Origin: Lentisphaeria bacterium UBA1732
GTDB taxonomy: Bacteria > Verrucomicrobiota > Lentisphaeria > Victivallales > UBA1829
DNA length: 64,000 nucleotides
Reading direction: 5' to 3'
Assembly (NCBI GenBank): GCA_002315855.1
Contig: DCIG01000049.1
Coordinates: 63,576 to 127,575, forward strand
Below are positions 29,075 through 40,166 of the stretch, one piece after another. The notes beneath the pieces are model-generated. The model searched no databases. It was not told the DNA's origin and was given only the letters and a program-made list of their open reading frames with translations. Numbering within the stretch: position 1 is the stretch's first letter; every line of letters begins with the position of its first letter. Position numbers and translations under genes: made by a program.

Positions 29075-30391
29075 ATGTCCGGCATTTTCAAAGCATACGA
29101 TATTCGCGGGATTTACCCGGAACAGCTCAACGAAGCTCTCGCAGAAAAAATCGGACGCGCGTATGTCGCGTTCACTGGCGCAAAAAAAGTGGTCATCGGG
29201 CGCGATATGCGTCCTCATTCCATTCCGCTGTTCCATGCCCTTGCAAAAGGTATCACGGCACAGGGTGCCGATGTCATTGACCTCGGTCTTTGCTCCACTC
29301 CCATGTCCTATCATGCAAATGGCAAACTGAAAGCCGATGGCAGTATCATGATTACCGCTTCCCACAATACCGCCGAATGGAATGGTTTCAAACTCTGCCG
29401 CGCCAATGCGGTTCCCATCAGCGGCGTTACCGGAATTGCCGATATTCAGAAACTTGTCGAAGACGATAATTTCGTTCCTGCCGCACACACCGGCACCATT
29501 TCCGCATACGATATTTCAGGCGAATACCGCTCGTTCCTTCGCTCCTACGTCAAAATGGATCGCAAGCTCAAAGTCGTTGTCGATTATGCCAACGCCATGG
29601 GCATGTATGAATTTGCCGGAATCAAAGACCTTTTTGAGGTCATTCCCATGTACGAAGGTTTGGACGGCACATTCCCCAATCATGTGGCAAATCCCCTCCA
29701 GACAGATACCCTTGATGCCATTCGCAAAAAAGTCGTGGAAGTCGGCGCTGACTTCGGTGCCGCATTTGACGGGGATGCCGATCGATGCGGTTTCATTGAC
29801 GACAAAGGCGAAATCATCCCCATGGACCTCTTCACCGCGCTGATTGCCATGGATATTCTGGCGGATGGTCCGGCGACCATTCTCTACGACCTCCGCAGCA
29901 GCTGGTCGGTCAGAGAAGCCATTGAGGCTTGCGGCGGCAAAGCCTGCATGTCCCGCGTGGGTCATGCTTTTATCAAGAATCAGATGCGTCAGGAAAACGC
30001 CATTATGGCGGGCGAACTTTCCGGACACTACTACTTCCGCGAAAACTTCGTTGCGGAATCCCAGGGCCTTGCCATCATCAAACTTGCCAACCTCATTTGC
30101 AAGAAAAATCTCCCGGTCAGCGAGCTGGTCAAACCCCTCAAGAAATATTTCCAGAGCGGCGAAATCAACTCCAAGGTCGCAGACGTGAAATCCATCCTCG
30201 ACAAAATCCGCTCCAAATACGCCGATGGACACATGTTTGAACTCGACGGGATCAGCGTGGAATACGCCGACTGGTGGTTTAACGTCCGTGCATCCAATAC
30301 CGAGCCTCTTCTCCGCCTCATCGTGGAAGCAAAAGACAAAGCAGCGATGGAAGCCAGACGCGATGAGCTTCTCTCCCTCATCCGGGGATAA
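29075..30391 (+). CDS. Phosphomannomutase/phosphoglucomutase.
   Basis: MSGIFKAYDIRG, active-site loop TASHNTAEWNG, metal loop FDGDADR, and GELSGHYYF. Confidence 0.9.
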   Translation: MSGIFKAYDIRGIYPEQLNEALAEKIGRAYVAFTGAKKVVIGRDMRPHSIPLFHALAKGITAQGADVIDLGLCSTPMSYHANGKLKADGSIMITASHNTAEWNGFKLCRANAVPISGVTGIADIQKLVEDDNFVPAAHTGTISAYDISGEYRSFLRSYVKMDRKLKVVVDYANAMGMYEFAGIKDLFEVIPMYEGLDGTFPNHVANPLQTDTLDAIRKKVVEVGADFGAAFDGDADRCGFIDDKGEIIPMDLFTALIAMDILADGPATILYDLRSSWSVREAIEACGGKACMSRVGHAFIKNQMRQENAIMAGELSGHYYFRENFVAESQGLAIIKLANLICKKNLPVSELVKPLKKYFQSGEINSKVADVKSILDKIRSKYADGHMFELDGISVEYADWWFNVRASNTEPLLRLIVEAKDKAAMEARRDELLSLIRG

Positions 30392-30410
30392 GCTGCTCCG
30401 TATTTTCGCA

Positions 30411-30442
30411 AAACGCCGGAACACTTCTCTGCTCCGGCGTTT
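30411..30442 (+). terminator. Hairpin (probable terminator) after the pmm-like gene.
   Basis: Perfect 10-bp arms aaacgccgga / tccggcgttt with a 12-nt loop. The U-tract is partly inside the stem. Confidence 0.45.
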
Positions 30443-30473
30443 TCATAAGATTCTGAAAGAAGAATAACCTCAC

Positions 30474-31124
30474 ATGATACGTCTCATCGGCTTTGATTTG
30501 GACGAAACCATCGGCAATTCCGTTCCGCTTTGCATCGAATGTTTCCGCCGGGCTCTCGAACCTTTTGCGGGGAGAGTCCTGCCCGACCATGAAATCACCG
30601 CAAACTTCGGTCTGAGCGAAATCGGGACTTTTATGCGCATGGTTCCGGACCATATCAGCGAGGCGTATGAGAGTTATATCGCTTGGTATCTCGAACTCCA
30701 TCCCGTGATGTGTCCTGCTCCGTTTCCCGGCATTCCCGAACTTCTCTTCAGCCTCAAAAATTCGCAAATCCCCCTCGTCCTCATTACGGGCAAAGGCGAC
30801 CTCTGCTGTGAACTGACCTTGAATCAATACGGCCTCGGCACATTCTTTGATGCCGTCCGTACCGGTGATCCGGTCAAATCCAACAAAGCCGCCAATATGC
30901 GTTCTCTCCTCGCTCAGTATCATTGCTCCCCCTCGGAAATGCTTTATATCGGCGATGCTCCCTCCGACATCACCGCCAGCCGCGAATGCGGCGTAACCTG
31001 CCTTTCTGCGGCTTGGGCGCCCGGTGTTGATCTTGCGGTTCAGCAGAATCTGAATCCGGACAATATCTGCCGTACCGTTTCCGAACTCGTTCAGCGTCTT
31101 CATGACCTGGGAATTCAGTTCTGA
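30474..31124 (+). CDS. HAD-superfamily hydrolase (phosphatase).
   Basis: The motif I sequence FDLDETIGNS, with later ITGK and GDAPSD motifs. Confidence 0.75.
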   Translation: MIRLIGFDLDETIGNSVPLCIECFRRALEPFAGRVLPDHEITANFGLSEIGTFMRMVPDHISEAYESYIAWYLELHPVMCPAPFPGIPELLFSLKNSQIPLVLITGKGDLCCELTLNQYGLGTFFDAVRTGDPVKSNKAANMRSLLAQYHCSPSEMLYIGDAPSDITASRECGVTCLSAAWAPGVDLAVQQNLNPDNICRTVSELVQRLHDLGIQF

Positions 31125-31230
31125 CATCATTTGCACAAAACTTCATTGATTCCCCTTTTTTGACTTGCATTTTAAATTCGGGTGTGATATAGTTATTTGC
31201 TAAACTTTATTTACAGGAGGAATGTACCTT

Positions 31231-32295
31231 ATGAACCGAATTATTGTAACAGGCGGAGCCGGTTTTATCGGGTCAGCAGTTGTGCGTCATATCATCAATG
31301 GTACTGCTGATTCAGTTTGCGTAGTTGATAAACTCACGTATGCCGGAAATCTCGAAAACCTTGCTTCCGTTGCAGACTCTGATCGTTTTCGCTTTGAAAA
31401 AGTCGACATTTGCGACAAGAACGAACTTGACCGTGTTTTTGCCTCGTTCAAGCCCACTCATGTGATGCACCTCGCGGCGGAAAGCCATGTCGACCGCTCC
31501 ATTGATGGTCCCGGCGAATTTATTCAGACCAATATCGTTGGCACATATACTCTGCTTGAAGCCGCCCGGAAATATTTCCACACCCTCGACGATGCGGGAA
31601 AAACCGTCTTCAAATTCCACCACATTTCCACCGATGAAGTGTTCGGCGACCTCAATGGCCCTGAAGATTTCTTCCGTGAGACCACACCCTATGCTCCCAG
31701 CTCGCCTTACAGTGCCAGCAAAGCATCCAGCGATCATCTGGTTCGTGCATGGCGCCGCACGTTCGGTCTGCCCACCGTGGTAACCAATTGCTCCAATAAC
31801 TACGGTCCTTATCACTTCCCCGAAAAACTGATTCCGCTGGTCATTCTTCATGCTCTGGACGGCAAGGAACTCCCCGTTTACGGCGAAGGTCTGCAAATCC
31901 GCGACTGGCTGTATGTGGAAGACCATGCCCGCGCTCTGTACCTCGTAGCCACAAAAGGCGTCCCCGGCGAAACCTACAACATCGGCGGACACAATGAAAA
32001 GAAAAACATTGAGGTCGTAAAGACCATTTGCGCCCTGCTTGATGAACTTCGTCCGCGTCAGGACGGCAAATCCTATGCCGGTCAGATTGTCCATGTGAAA
32101 GACCGTCCCGGACACGACCTGCGTTATGCCATTGACCCCTCGAAAATTGCCCGTGAACTCGGCTGGACTCCGCAGGAAACCTTTGAAAGCGGCATCCGCA
32201 AAACCGTCTTATGGTATCTCGAACACAAGGACGACTGGTGCGCCCATGTCCTGAATGGTTCGTATCAAATGGAACGCTTGGGAACAGGAGAATAA
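31231..32295 (+). CDS. rfbB: dTDP-glucose 4,6-dehydratase.
   Basis: [12 protein letters not shown], the [11 protein letters not shown] catalytic YxxxK motif, and a typical RfbB C-terminus. Confidence 0.92.
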   Translation: MNRIIVTGGAGFIGSAVVRHIINGTADSVCVVDKLTYAGNLENLASVADSDRFRFEKVDICDKNELDRVFASFKPTHVMHLAAESHVDRSIDGPGEFIQTNIVGTYTLLEAARKYFHTLDDAGKTVFKFHHISTDEVFGDLNGPEDFFRETTPYAPSSPYSASKASSDHLVRAWRRTFGLPTVVTNCSNNYGPYHFPEKLIPLVILHALDGKELPVYGEGLQIRDWLYVEDHARALYLVATKGVPGETYNIGGHNEKKNIEVVKTICALLDELRPRQDGKSYAGQIVHVKDRPGHDLRYAIDPSKIARELGWTPQETFESGIRKTVLWYLEHKDDWCAHVLNGSYQMERLGTGE

Positions 32296-32297
32296 TC

Positions 32298-33167
32298 ATG
32301 AAAGGTATTGTACTTGCAGGCGGCGCGGGAACGCGTCTTCATCCGATTACACGAGCCGTGTCGAAACAGCTTCTTGCGGTTTATGACAAGCCCATGATTT
32401 ACTATCCCATCAGCATTCTGATGCTCGCCGGGATTCGCGATATTCTGATTATCACAACCCCGGAAGACCAGCCGAATTTCATTCGTCTCCTTGGCGATGG
32501 ACATGATTTCGGCGTCCATTTCACCTATGCTGTTCAGCCTCGTCCGGAAGGTCTGGCTCAGGCGTTCCTCATCGGGGAGGAATTCATCGGAAATGATTCC
32601 GTGGCTCTTGTCCTCGGCGATAATATCTTCTACGGTGCCAAAATCGGCAATCTGGTCCGCAATGCCGCAAAGAAAACCGATGGCGCAACTGTTTTCGGTT
32701 ATTATGTCAGTGATCCCGAACGTTTCGGAGTTGTTGAGTTCGATGCAGATATGAAAGCACTTTCCATCGAGGAAAAGCCTGCCAAGCCCAAATCGAACTA
32801 CGCTGTAACCGGATTGTATTTCTATGATAATGAGGTCGTGAATATCGCAAAAAACATCAAGCCGTCTGCTCGCGGCGAACTTGAAATCACTACCGTCAAC
32901 AATGAATACCTTCAGCGCGGCAAGCTCCATGTGGAGCGGCTCGGACGCGGCTATGCCTGGCTTGATACCGGCACGCATGAATCCATGCTGGATGCCGGAA
33001 ACTTTATTCGCACCATTGAAACCCGTCAGGGGCTTCAGGTCGCCTGCTTGCAGGAAATCGCCTACGAAAATGGCTGGATGACGAAAGATGAAGTCAGAGC
33101 AAGCGTTGTCCCGGACCTGCTGAAAACAAATTACGGACAATATCTGCTGAAAATGATTGAGGACTGA
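32298..33167 (+). CDS. rfbA: Glucose-1-phosphate thymidylyltransferase.
   Basis: [37 protein letters not shown]. The ATG at 32298 lies just after the rfbB stop. Confidence 0.92.
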   Translation: MKGIVLAGGAGTRLHPITRAVSKQLLAVYDKPMIYYPISILMLAGIRDILIITTPEDQPNFIRLLGDGHDFGVHFTYAVQPRPEGLAQAFLIGEEFIGNDSVALVLGDNIFYGAKIGNLVRNAAKKTDGATVFGYYVSDPERFGVVEFDADMKALSIEEKPAKPKSNYAVTGLYFYDNEVVNIAKNIKPSARGELEITTVNNEYLQRGKLHVERLGRGYAWLDTGTHESMLDAGNFIRTIETRQGLQVACLQEIAYENGWMTKDEVRASVVPDLLKTNYGQYLLKMIED

Positions 33168-33208
33168 TTGCGCCTCTCTTTCGCTCAAGGACACTAAGGA
33201 CAACAAGA

Positions 33209-35314
33209 ATGAACAAAATAAAACGGCAAGCCGTCTTCCGCCTCATAAATCGCTCCCGGTCCGTTTTCTATGTACTCGGATGCGTTTTCTCTTTGTTCAT
33301 GGCGGATGCCGTACTTTCCGCTCAGGACCGTTTCTTCCGGCTTGACACCGATTTCAAAAACAAACCGGAAATAAAATATTACGAGCTGACGGGTACGGTG
33401 CTCGAAACAAGCTACATTCCCAATGCCGGAAATGCCATTCAGCCGGATTGTTATTACACTGCCATCGTCCATGTGGATGAAGCCGCAGACGGTGTCCCCG
33501 TGTCCAATATCGTTGTCTTTATCAAATGCTACGAGCGATTCAAAAACATCCCGGACTCTGCGGTCGGACGCGGCGATCAGATTGTCATGCGCTGCATTGA
33601 CTATAATCAGGCGGACGATGCTACGAAAAAAACTCTTGCTTCCGACCAGCTCAATCATGGAGGCATGAAAAAATATTTTGTCCAGACTTTGCAAATCAAC
33701 CGGAGGGAATCGCAAAATGTTTCATCGAGCATTCCGTCCCTTGCAGGAGTTCAGGCGGCAAATCAGGATAAAATTCTGCAGGATGCTGAACGTAAAATTT
33801 CCGCAAGTTTGGCCGCTTCCGCGAATCCTCCGTCAACCTCATATCAGGAACGGCAGCTTCCGGGCGATCGTATCGCCTCTTCTGACCTTCAGCCGTCCGA
33901 AGATGTCCTGCGCCGTCAGGATCAGGAATTTAAGCAGAAAGTCACATCCACATTGTCCATTCCCGACCTCGTAACGACATCTGATAAACAGCGCAAAGAG
34001 GATAAGGAACTGAACGATAAACTTTCCAGCATTATTGCAAAAGCGGATGAAACCATCGAACAGCGTCGTCAGGCATTGGCAAACGGCTATCTTCGCAAGG
34101 ACGATAAAGATTCCGGCACGTTCGTGATGGATTCCGAAAATGTAATGCAGTACTGGATTGACGATTGCGTTTTCCGCCACAACGGCAAAATTCTGATTGA
34201 ACTCTCTCCCGCAGCTGAGATTGACACGGACTCCGAAAAGAAGAAGAAGAAGGAGGGCGACGATGAAGGAAAACAGCAGTTTGAATGCAGTTTTTTGAAG
34301 CTGAAAATCCCTGAATTGAACAGAAAGAAAGACTTCACAGTCTCTGTTTCATTTGCCACGCCCGGCGTCCAATATCAGCTTTTCGACCGCTTCCATAAAC
34401 TTTTCTACACATCCCCTGTTTCCAACGGTTCGCAGGCGGAACTGCCAACTTTCCTTCTCCATTCCTCGGAATTTGCCGGCTCGGAACTTTTCTTCAAATT
34501 CACATCTTCGGAAGTCGATACGGTCAATATCAATAAAATCACCATTGACTATCAGTCCAACCCGGATTTCATCTACCGCAAGCTGTTCTACGTCGCTTCC
34601 GACCAGTTCGATTCAAAACTCATTTCCGCCAATACGTTTGCATACACCTACAGTGCCACAGGTAAGCGCACAATGTTAATTGCAAAGGGCAAAATTGTTG
34701 TTCCGGAAAAAGAATCGGCTATCAAAATGTCCGTCAAAGTCCGCAATACAGGCAAAAATCCCACAAGAATTTATGTCGGCTACAAATATTTTGACAAGGA
34801 TCGCACGCACATCAGCAGCGGCAGTTTTCCCGCCAAGGGAACAAACTCGATTGTCAATGTTGTTTCCTCGAAAGCCGGCAGCAACACCTTGATTGTGGAT
34901 GCCATGCCGAAATATTCCAAAGGCAACTGCATTGCACTCAATGCACGCGCGGATTTGTCGGATGTCCCGAACCTTTCCCTTCTGGACGGCAATATTTCTG
35001 CTGTGAAAGAATTACCCGATGGCAAGGCGGAAATCACCATGTCCCTCCCCATAAAAACCGCAGTTCCGAAAGGCACACCCGTTCGTATTCATCAAGGGGC
35101 CGGTATGTTTCTGTACATGAACGATCAGATCCTTCAGCCCGGTGAAGAAAAAGTCTTTACTTCGTCCATTTCAAAAGATGAATCATCGCACCTTTATACC
35201 CCTGATTCCATTGCCACTGGGGTTTACTATGTCTCCCCGCTCATATTGTCCTATTCAACGGATGCAAACCTGGATAATACAGTCAAAATCAGTGACTGGG
35301 TCCTGACTTATTGA
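33209..35314 (+). CDS. Large secreted or membrane-anchored hypothetical protein embedded in the sugar-nucleotide operon.
   Basis: 701 aa with an N-terminal signal/anchor (VFYVLGCVFSLFMADAVLSAQ), a central charged Q/K/E/D-rich region including KKKKKEGDDEGK, and a beta-rich C-terminal half. It lies 41 bp after rfbA and 8 bp before the manC-like gene. I recognise no family. Confidence 0.6.
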   Translation: MNKIKRQAVFRLINRSRSVFYVLGCVFSLFMADAVLSAQDRFFRLDTDFKNKPEIKYYELTGTVLETSYIPNAGNAIQPDCYYTAIVHVDEAADGVPVSNIVVFIKCYERFKNIPDSAVGRGDQIVMRCIDYNQADDATKKTLASDQLNHGGMKKYFVQTLQINRRESQNVSSSIPSLAGVQAANQDKILQDAERKISASLAASANPPSTSYQERQLPGDRIASSDLQPSEDVLRRQDQEFKQKVTSTLSIPDLVTTSDKQRKEDKELNDKLSSIIAKADETIEQRRQALANGYLRKDDKDSGTFVMDSENVMQYWIDDCVFRHNGKILIELSPAAEIDTDSEKKKKKEGDDEGKQQFECSFLKLKIPELNRKKDFTVSVSFATPGVQYQLFDRFHKLFYTSPVSNGSQAELPTFLLHSSEFAGSELFFKFTSSEVDTVNINKITIDYQSNPDFIYRKLFYVASDQFDSKLISANTFAYTYSATGKRTMLIAKGKIVVPEKESAIKMSVKVRNTGKNPTRIYVGYKYFDKDRTHISSGSFPAKGTNSIVNVVSSKAGSNTLIVDAMPKYSKGNCIALNARADLSDVPNLSLLDGNISAVKELPDGKAEITMSLPIKTAVPKGTPVRIHQGAGMFLYMNDQILQPGEEKVFTSSISKDESSHLYTPDSIATGVYYVSPLILSYSTDANLDNTVKISDWVLTY

Positions 35315-35322
35315 GGTGATTT

Positions 35323-36642
35323 ATGAATATTATTCTTCTTTCCGGCGGATCCGGCAAACGCCTTTGGCCGCTCTCCAATGATGTGCGTTCCAAACAGTTC
35401 ATTAAATTCTTCAAGCGCGAAGACGGTTCTTTGGAGTCCATGGTTCAACGAGTTTTCCGGCAAATCAAAACGGTGAACCCGAACGCGACAATTACGATTG
35501 CCACCTCGAAAACACAGGTTTCCGCCCTGCATAATCAGCTCGGCGACAATGTCGGAATTTCAGTGGAACCATGCCGGCGCGACACTTTTCCCGCAATTGC
35601 GCTGGCATCAGCCTACTTGCATGATATTCAAGGCGTTTCAGAAGATGAAACAGTTGTTGTATGTCCCGTTGACCCCTATGTTCAGGATGATTATTTCCGG
35701 TGTCTTCAGGAACTTTCCGCACAAGCGGCAAAAGCGGAAGCCAATCTTGTTCTCATGGGGATTCAGCCCATGCATCCCAGCGAAAAATACGGCTACATCA
35801 TACCGGAAACCAAAGACAAAGTAAGCCGCGTAGCCTGTTTCAAGGAAAAACCGGATGCCAAAACCGCAGAAGAATACATCCGTCAAGGTGCATTATGGAA
35901 TGGCGGCGTTTTCGCCTACCGTTTGGGATATGTGCTGAAAAAAGCTCACGAACTGATTGAGTTCACCGACTACAATGACCTCTTTCAGCGTTATGACTCT
36001 CTTCCCAAAATCAGTTTTGATTATGCTGTCGTCGAAAAAGAGCCGGCAATTCAGGTGCTGCGTTTCTCCGGCGAATGGCGCGACATCGGTACTTGGAACA
36101 CACTGACCGAGGTCATGCCCGACAATAAACTGGGCGATGCCGTCATTGATGACACATGCTCCAATGTACACGTTCTCAATGAATTATCCATTCCTGTGCT
36201 TGCCATGGGCATTCACGATGTCGTCATTTCCGTCTCCCCCGACGGGATTCTTGTTTCGGACAAGGAATGTTCCGCCCGCATTAAATCCCGTGTGGACCAG
36301 CTGGAACAGCAGATTATGTTTGCGGAAAAATCCTGGGGCAGCTTCCAGATTATGAATGTGGAAGACGACAGTCTTACCGTTAAAATCACGCTGAATCCCG
36401 GTCATTCCATGAATTATCACAGCCACGAGTACCGCAGTGAAATTTGGGTCGTTCTCAGCGGAGAAGGCCGCGTCGTAGTGGATGATATGACTCAGCAAAT
36501 CCGCCTCGGCGATGTGATCACCATGGAAGCAGGATGCCGCCACACGGTCTTTGCCTACACCCCGCTGAAAATGATTGAAGTCCAGCTCGGTAAAGATATT
36601 TCCGTGCATGATAAAAAGAAGTTCAAGTTGAAACAGTCCTGA
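35323..36642 (+). CDS. Mannose-1-phosphate guanylyltransferase-like nucleotidyltransferase with a C-terminal cupin.
   Basis: MNIILLSGGSGKRLWPLSNDVRSKQF, plus a C-terminal cupin (HSHEYRSEIWVVLSGEG). Confidence 0.8.
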   Translation: MNIILLSGGSGKRLWPLSNDVRSKQFIKFFKREDGSLESMVQRVFRQIKTVNPNATITIATSKTQVSALHNQLGDNVGISVEPCRRDTFPAIALASAYLHDIQGVSEDETVVVCPVDPYVQDDYFRCLQELSAQAAKAEANLVLMGIQPMHPSEKYGYIIPETKDKVSRVACFKEKPDAKTAEEYIRQGALWNGGVFAYRLGYVLKKAHELIEFTDYNDLFQRYDSLPKISFDYAVVEKEPAIQVLRFSGEWRDIGTWNTLTEVMPDNKLGDAVIDDTCSNVHVLNELSIPVLAMGIHDVVISVSPDGILVSDKECSARIKSRVDQLEQQIMFAEKSWGSFQIMNVEDDSLTVKITLNPGHSMNYHSHEYRSEIWVVLSGEGRVVVDDMTQQIRLGDVITMEAGCRHTVFAYTPLKMIEVQLGKDISVHDKKKFKLKQS

Positions 36643-36654
36643 TTCACTGTCCCG

Positions 36655-37638
36655 ATGATGCCTCATCCTTTTTTGCTCCGTCCCGCCTCAAAAGACTACT
36701 TGTGGGGCGGCGATCGGCTGAACAATGATTTCGCGAAGAATATCCCCTGTTCGCCTCTTGCGGAAACATGGGAATGTTCAACGCATCCGGATGGAGTCAG
36801 CGTGGTTGCAGACGGCGAATTTTCGGGAACACCGCTGGACGTTGTTCTGAAGCATCATCCTGAATTTCTCGGACTTCACGCCAATGGTTCCTGTGAATTG
36901 CCCATCCTGATTAAACTCATTGACGCAAAACAGAACTTATCGGTGCAAGTGCATCCGGACGATGCGTTTGCCTCTCGTTGCGAGCATGGACAGCGCGGCA
37001 AGACGGAAATGTGGTATATTCTTGATTCTGAATCAGATACTTCCATTTACTATGGATTGCACCACTCCGTGAAAGAATCCGTTCTTCGGCAAGCCGCTGA
37101 AAATGGCACGATTGAGAATTATCTGCAAAAAGTACCCATCAAAAAGGATGACCTCTTTTTCATCGCACCCGGCACAATTCACGCGATTGGTGCAGGTGCA
37201 CTGATTGCGGAAATCCAGCAATGCTCCAATCTTACGTACCGTCTGTACGACTACAATCGGACTGACCGCAATGGCAAGCTCCGCCCTCTGCATATTGAGA
37301 AAGCTCTTGCCGCGGCAAATCTTTCTGCCATGTCCGAACCTCGCCAGCCTCTTCGTCTGTTTCATTATGCGCGGGGGACTGCCTCGGAGTTTCTGTGCCG
37401 CTGTGAATTTTTTCAGGTGGAACGCATCATGATCAATACAGAAGTCCAGCGTGAGCTGGCGACATTCAGCAGCACGCCCGATTCTTTCCAGATATTTCTG
37501 TTTATCAATGGCTGCGGCACGATAAACCACTGCGCGTATTCCATGAACTTCTTCAAAGGCGACTGCGTCTTTGTCCCGGCGGACTGTCATGACATCCGTA
37601 TTCATGGACGCACTGAGTTTCTGAAAATCTCCTGCTGA
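36655..37638 (+). CDS. manA: Mannose-6-phosphate isomerase, class I.
   Basis: KDYLWGG, LSVQVHPDD, KTEMWYIL, and the IHAIGAG motif. Confidence 0.85.
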   Translation: MMPHPFLLRPASKDYLWGGDRLNNDFAKNIPCSPLAETWECSTHPDGVSVVADGEFSGTPLDVVLKHHPEFLGLHANGSCELPILIKLIDAKQNLSVQVHPDDAFASRCEHGQRGKTEMWYILDSESDTSIYYGLHHSVKESVLRQAAENGTIENYLQKVPIKKDDLFFIAPGTIHAIGAGALIAEIQQCSNLTYRLYDYNRTDRNGKLRPLHIEKALAAANLSAMSEPRQPLRLFHYARGTASEFLCRCEFFQVERIMINTEVQRELATFSSTPDSFQIFLFINGCGTINHCAYSMNFFKGDCVFVPADCHDIRIHGRTEFLKISC

Positions 37639-37823
37639 CAGTCTCACGTACAGCATCTGCCTGTTTTTTGAACAAAAAAAGCCGCAAACACTTCTCATCG
37701 AACATGCTGCGGCATACGAAGAAACGGATACGATCCGTTTTTCAAATATTCATTGTTTCATCAATACGATTGACAATAACCCTTTCAGAATCAAGAAAAT
37801 AACTTTTATTCAGCAATTCTTTT

Positions 37824-39065
37824 TCACGGAATCGAAACTTTATAAACCTGCCGTTTCGCTTCACAAGCTCCGTCAACACAGATTTCCCTGGAATCCGGTC
37901 TCCAGCGAGGATGCAAATCACACCGGGTGTCATCATGATATTTGGTGTTATGATAAATCTCTACAATCGAACAAATTGTATTTTTCTGAAGATCGCACAG
38001 ATAAATCTTTTGCTTGTGATGAAAATTGGGATAGGTGTCAGTAACAAGATACTTCCCATCAGGAGAATACGAGGGATGACCGTCTGAATTCAGGATTCCG
38101 GCTCCGAACTCTTTTCGTTCCTGTGTATGGTCTTTCAGAAGATGATACGCATTCCCGAATTGCTTTGAATTTGCAAAACTGACGATATTTTCATCATCCT
38201 TCCAGTTGCTGTGCGAAACCATATCGTCATCCATCATAAGACAGGGATCGCTCCCGTCATAATTGGCCGTAATCATGCGGTCATATTTGACACCGTCAAG
38301 CAGCCATCGGTGCAAAAACATAAAGCGGTTTCCCGAAGGATTCAGCATGATATGATTGATTTTATGAAATGCACCTTTCATGCAGTCTCTCGTATGGTAT
38401 TCAAAAAGCCGGCGATAGGTAAACAGCTCCTGCGTTTCTCCTGTAACAAGATTAATATTCCAGATACATGGTCCGTCCGGCACCGTTTCACCGCATGTTT
38501 GGTCCGGCAAATTGCAATATCCATACCCCGGACGAAGCGTATTTAACCGCAGAAAATCCAAAGTAACCGCACGGGTTCCATCCTTGGAAACCGTATACAC
38601 CGGCATCGGCAGTATCTTTTCCGCACCGCTTGCGATTTCATGAATGACTGCACATAACTTCCCGTTTCGGAAGTCGTTATACAAAATCCGCGAGGAAAAA
38701 TCAGGTCCCAGCCATTGCAGCATACATCCCTGCTGACTGTTCCATGAATGCGTTTGCGCGATTGCCTTTTCTTCTCCGGATGCGAAATCCATCAAAATAA
38801 TGTCCGCCGCCTGATTCGAAGAATAATCCCGCCACACATTCCCCGGCGTCGCCAAATAAACCATGTACCGGCATGTGGCATCCCACGGACTCTTGTCATA
38901 ATAGCCGAACAAATGTTCCCGCTCACCTGACGAAACACGAACCACGTTTTCGGATGTCTTTCGATCCGAAAACAGCAATCCGATATGAAAATAAGTCGAC
39001 TTCAGGAACTTTTTCAGGGTCGGCGATTTCCGCAACTGCCATGCGATTTTGTGCAGTAAATCCAT
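37824..39065 (-). CDS. Hypothetical protein, beta-propeller-like (TolB / oligogalacturonate-lyase-like C-terminus), in the glycan locus.
   Basis: 413 aa. The C-terminal DGHPSYSPDGKYLVTDTY...CDLHPRWRPDSREI resembles TolB-like/PL22-type propeller blades. The gene is visibly low in GC. Confidence 0.35.
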   Translation of the reverse strand: MDLLHKIAWQLRKSPTLKKFLKSTYFHIGLLFSDRKTSENVVRVSSGEREHLFGYYDKSPWDATCRYMVYLATPGNVWRDYSSNQAADIILMDFASGEEKAIAQTHSWNSQQGCMLQWLGPDFSSRILYNDFRNGKLCAVIHEIASGAEKILPMPVYTVSKDGTRAVTLDFLRLNTLRPGYGYCNLPDQTCGETVPDGPCIWNINLVTGETQELFTYRRLFEYHTRDCMKGAFHKINHIMLNPSGNRFMFLHRWLLDGVKYDRMITANYDGSDPCLMMDDDMVSHSNWKDDENIVSFANSKQFGNAYHLLKDHTQERKEFGAGILNSDGHPSYSPDGKYLVTDTYPNFHHKQKIYLCDLQKNTICSIVEIYHNTKYHDDTRCDLHPRWRPDSREICVDGACEAKRQVYKVSIP

Positions 39066-39176
39066 ACTCTCTTGTCTGTTGGAAAAATTGTGTTTGAATG
39101 CAATCCCGGATACTGATTCAAAAGTGCTTTTGGAATTAACCCATTGAAATATAATATCATATTCCCTTGATATTGA

Positions 39177-40166
39177 TTATCGTAAAAATCTTTTCCCCAT
39201 AAACTTACGTGCAGAAATCATAAGCCGGAGCAGCGGGATCAATCCCATCCCCGCTGTTTGAATAAAGATTTGCTTCCCACGGACACATCGTGAAAGATAA
39301 GGATTTTTCTTCCAGTCCGGATATTTTGCCCCAAATTCATGCAGCATTGTCCGAATCTCCGCATCAGTGCGCCCGCATTGAATCATAATTGATGTCATTC
39401 CATACACAAATTCCTGCACCGCACGATATTCGATTTCCGTTTCAAATCCCGGAGCAATTCGTTCCAGCATCAATCCAAACGTTTTTTCCATGAACCCCAA
39501 ATCAGTATCTAAATGGTTGCAGTTGGAAAGAGAACTGCTTCTCTGAAAATAATAATAAAGCACTTGCGGCACCAAACTGATTTTACTTGTCCTCGTCAGT
39601 AATGGTATCGTAACCGGAATATCTTCTGCCCGGCGGATATGTTCCGGATAGAGAAATCCCATTCCCCGGAAAAATTCTGCACGATAAAGTTTGCAACACG
39701 CCATATTACGGAGAAACGCGATTTTTTCCTGTTGAGACGATTCGGTTGTCAGCCCACAGAGTGATCCCATTGGCTCTTCATGTCCATCCTCGTATACATG
39801 TGCATAGTCGGCAACAACAATATCCGCATTATCTTTTTCTGCCGTCTCCACCATCACCCGCATATAGTCCGGTGCAATCCGGTCATCACTGTCAAGAAAG
39901 GTAAGCCATCCCCCTTTCGCATAAACGATTCCCGTATTACGTGCAGCAGCAAGTCCTTGATTCTGTTCATGATGAAACAGCTTAAATCGATCCTGATGAC
40001 TCAACACAAATTCCTGTGCCGCCTCATACGTTCCATCTGTGGAACAATCATCGACCATAATGACTTCATAGTCGCCGTATGTCTGTTTCAAGATGGATTC
40101 CAGACAGCGGGTCAGATAAGGCATCACATTATACAGAGGTAAAATAAGAGAAAGATTTGTTTTCAT
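39177..40166 (-). CDS. Family 2 glycosyltransferase.
   Basis: LSLILPLYNVMPYLTRCLESILKQTYGDYEVIMVDDCSTDGT and FLDSDD (DxD). Confidence 0.85.
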   Translation of the reverse strand: MKTNLSLILPLYNVMPYLTRCLESILKQTYGDYEVIMVDDCSTDGTYEAAQEFVLSHQDRFKLFHHEQNQGLAAARNTGIVYAKGGWLTFLDSDDRIAPDYMRVMVETAEKDNADIVVADYAHVYEDGHEEPMGSLCGLTTESSQQEKIAFLRNMACCKLYRAEFFRGMGFLYPEHIRRAEDIPVTIPLLTRTSKISLVPQVLYYYFQRSSSLSNCNHLDTDLGFMEKTFGLMLERIAPGFETEIEYRAVQEFVYGMTSIMIQCGRTDAEIRTMLHEFGAKYPDWKKNPYLSRCVRGKQIFIQTAGMGLIPLLRLMISARKFMGKRFLR

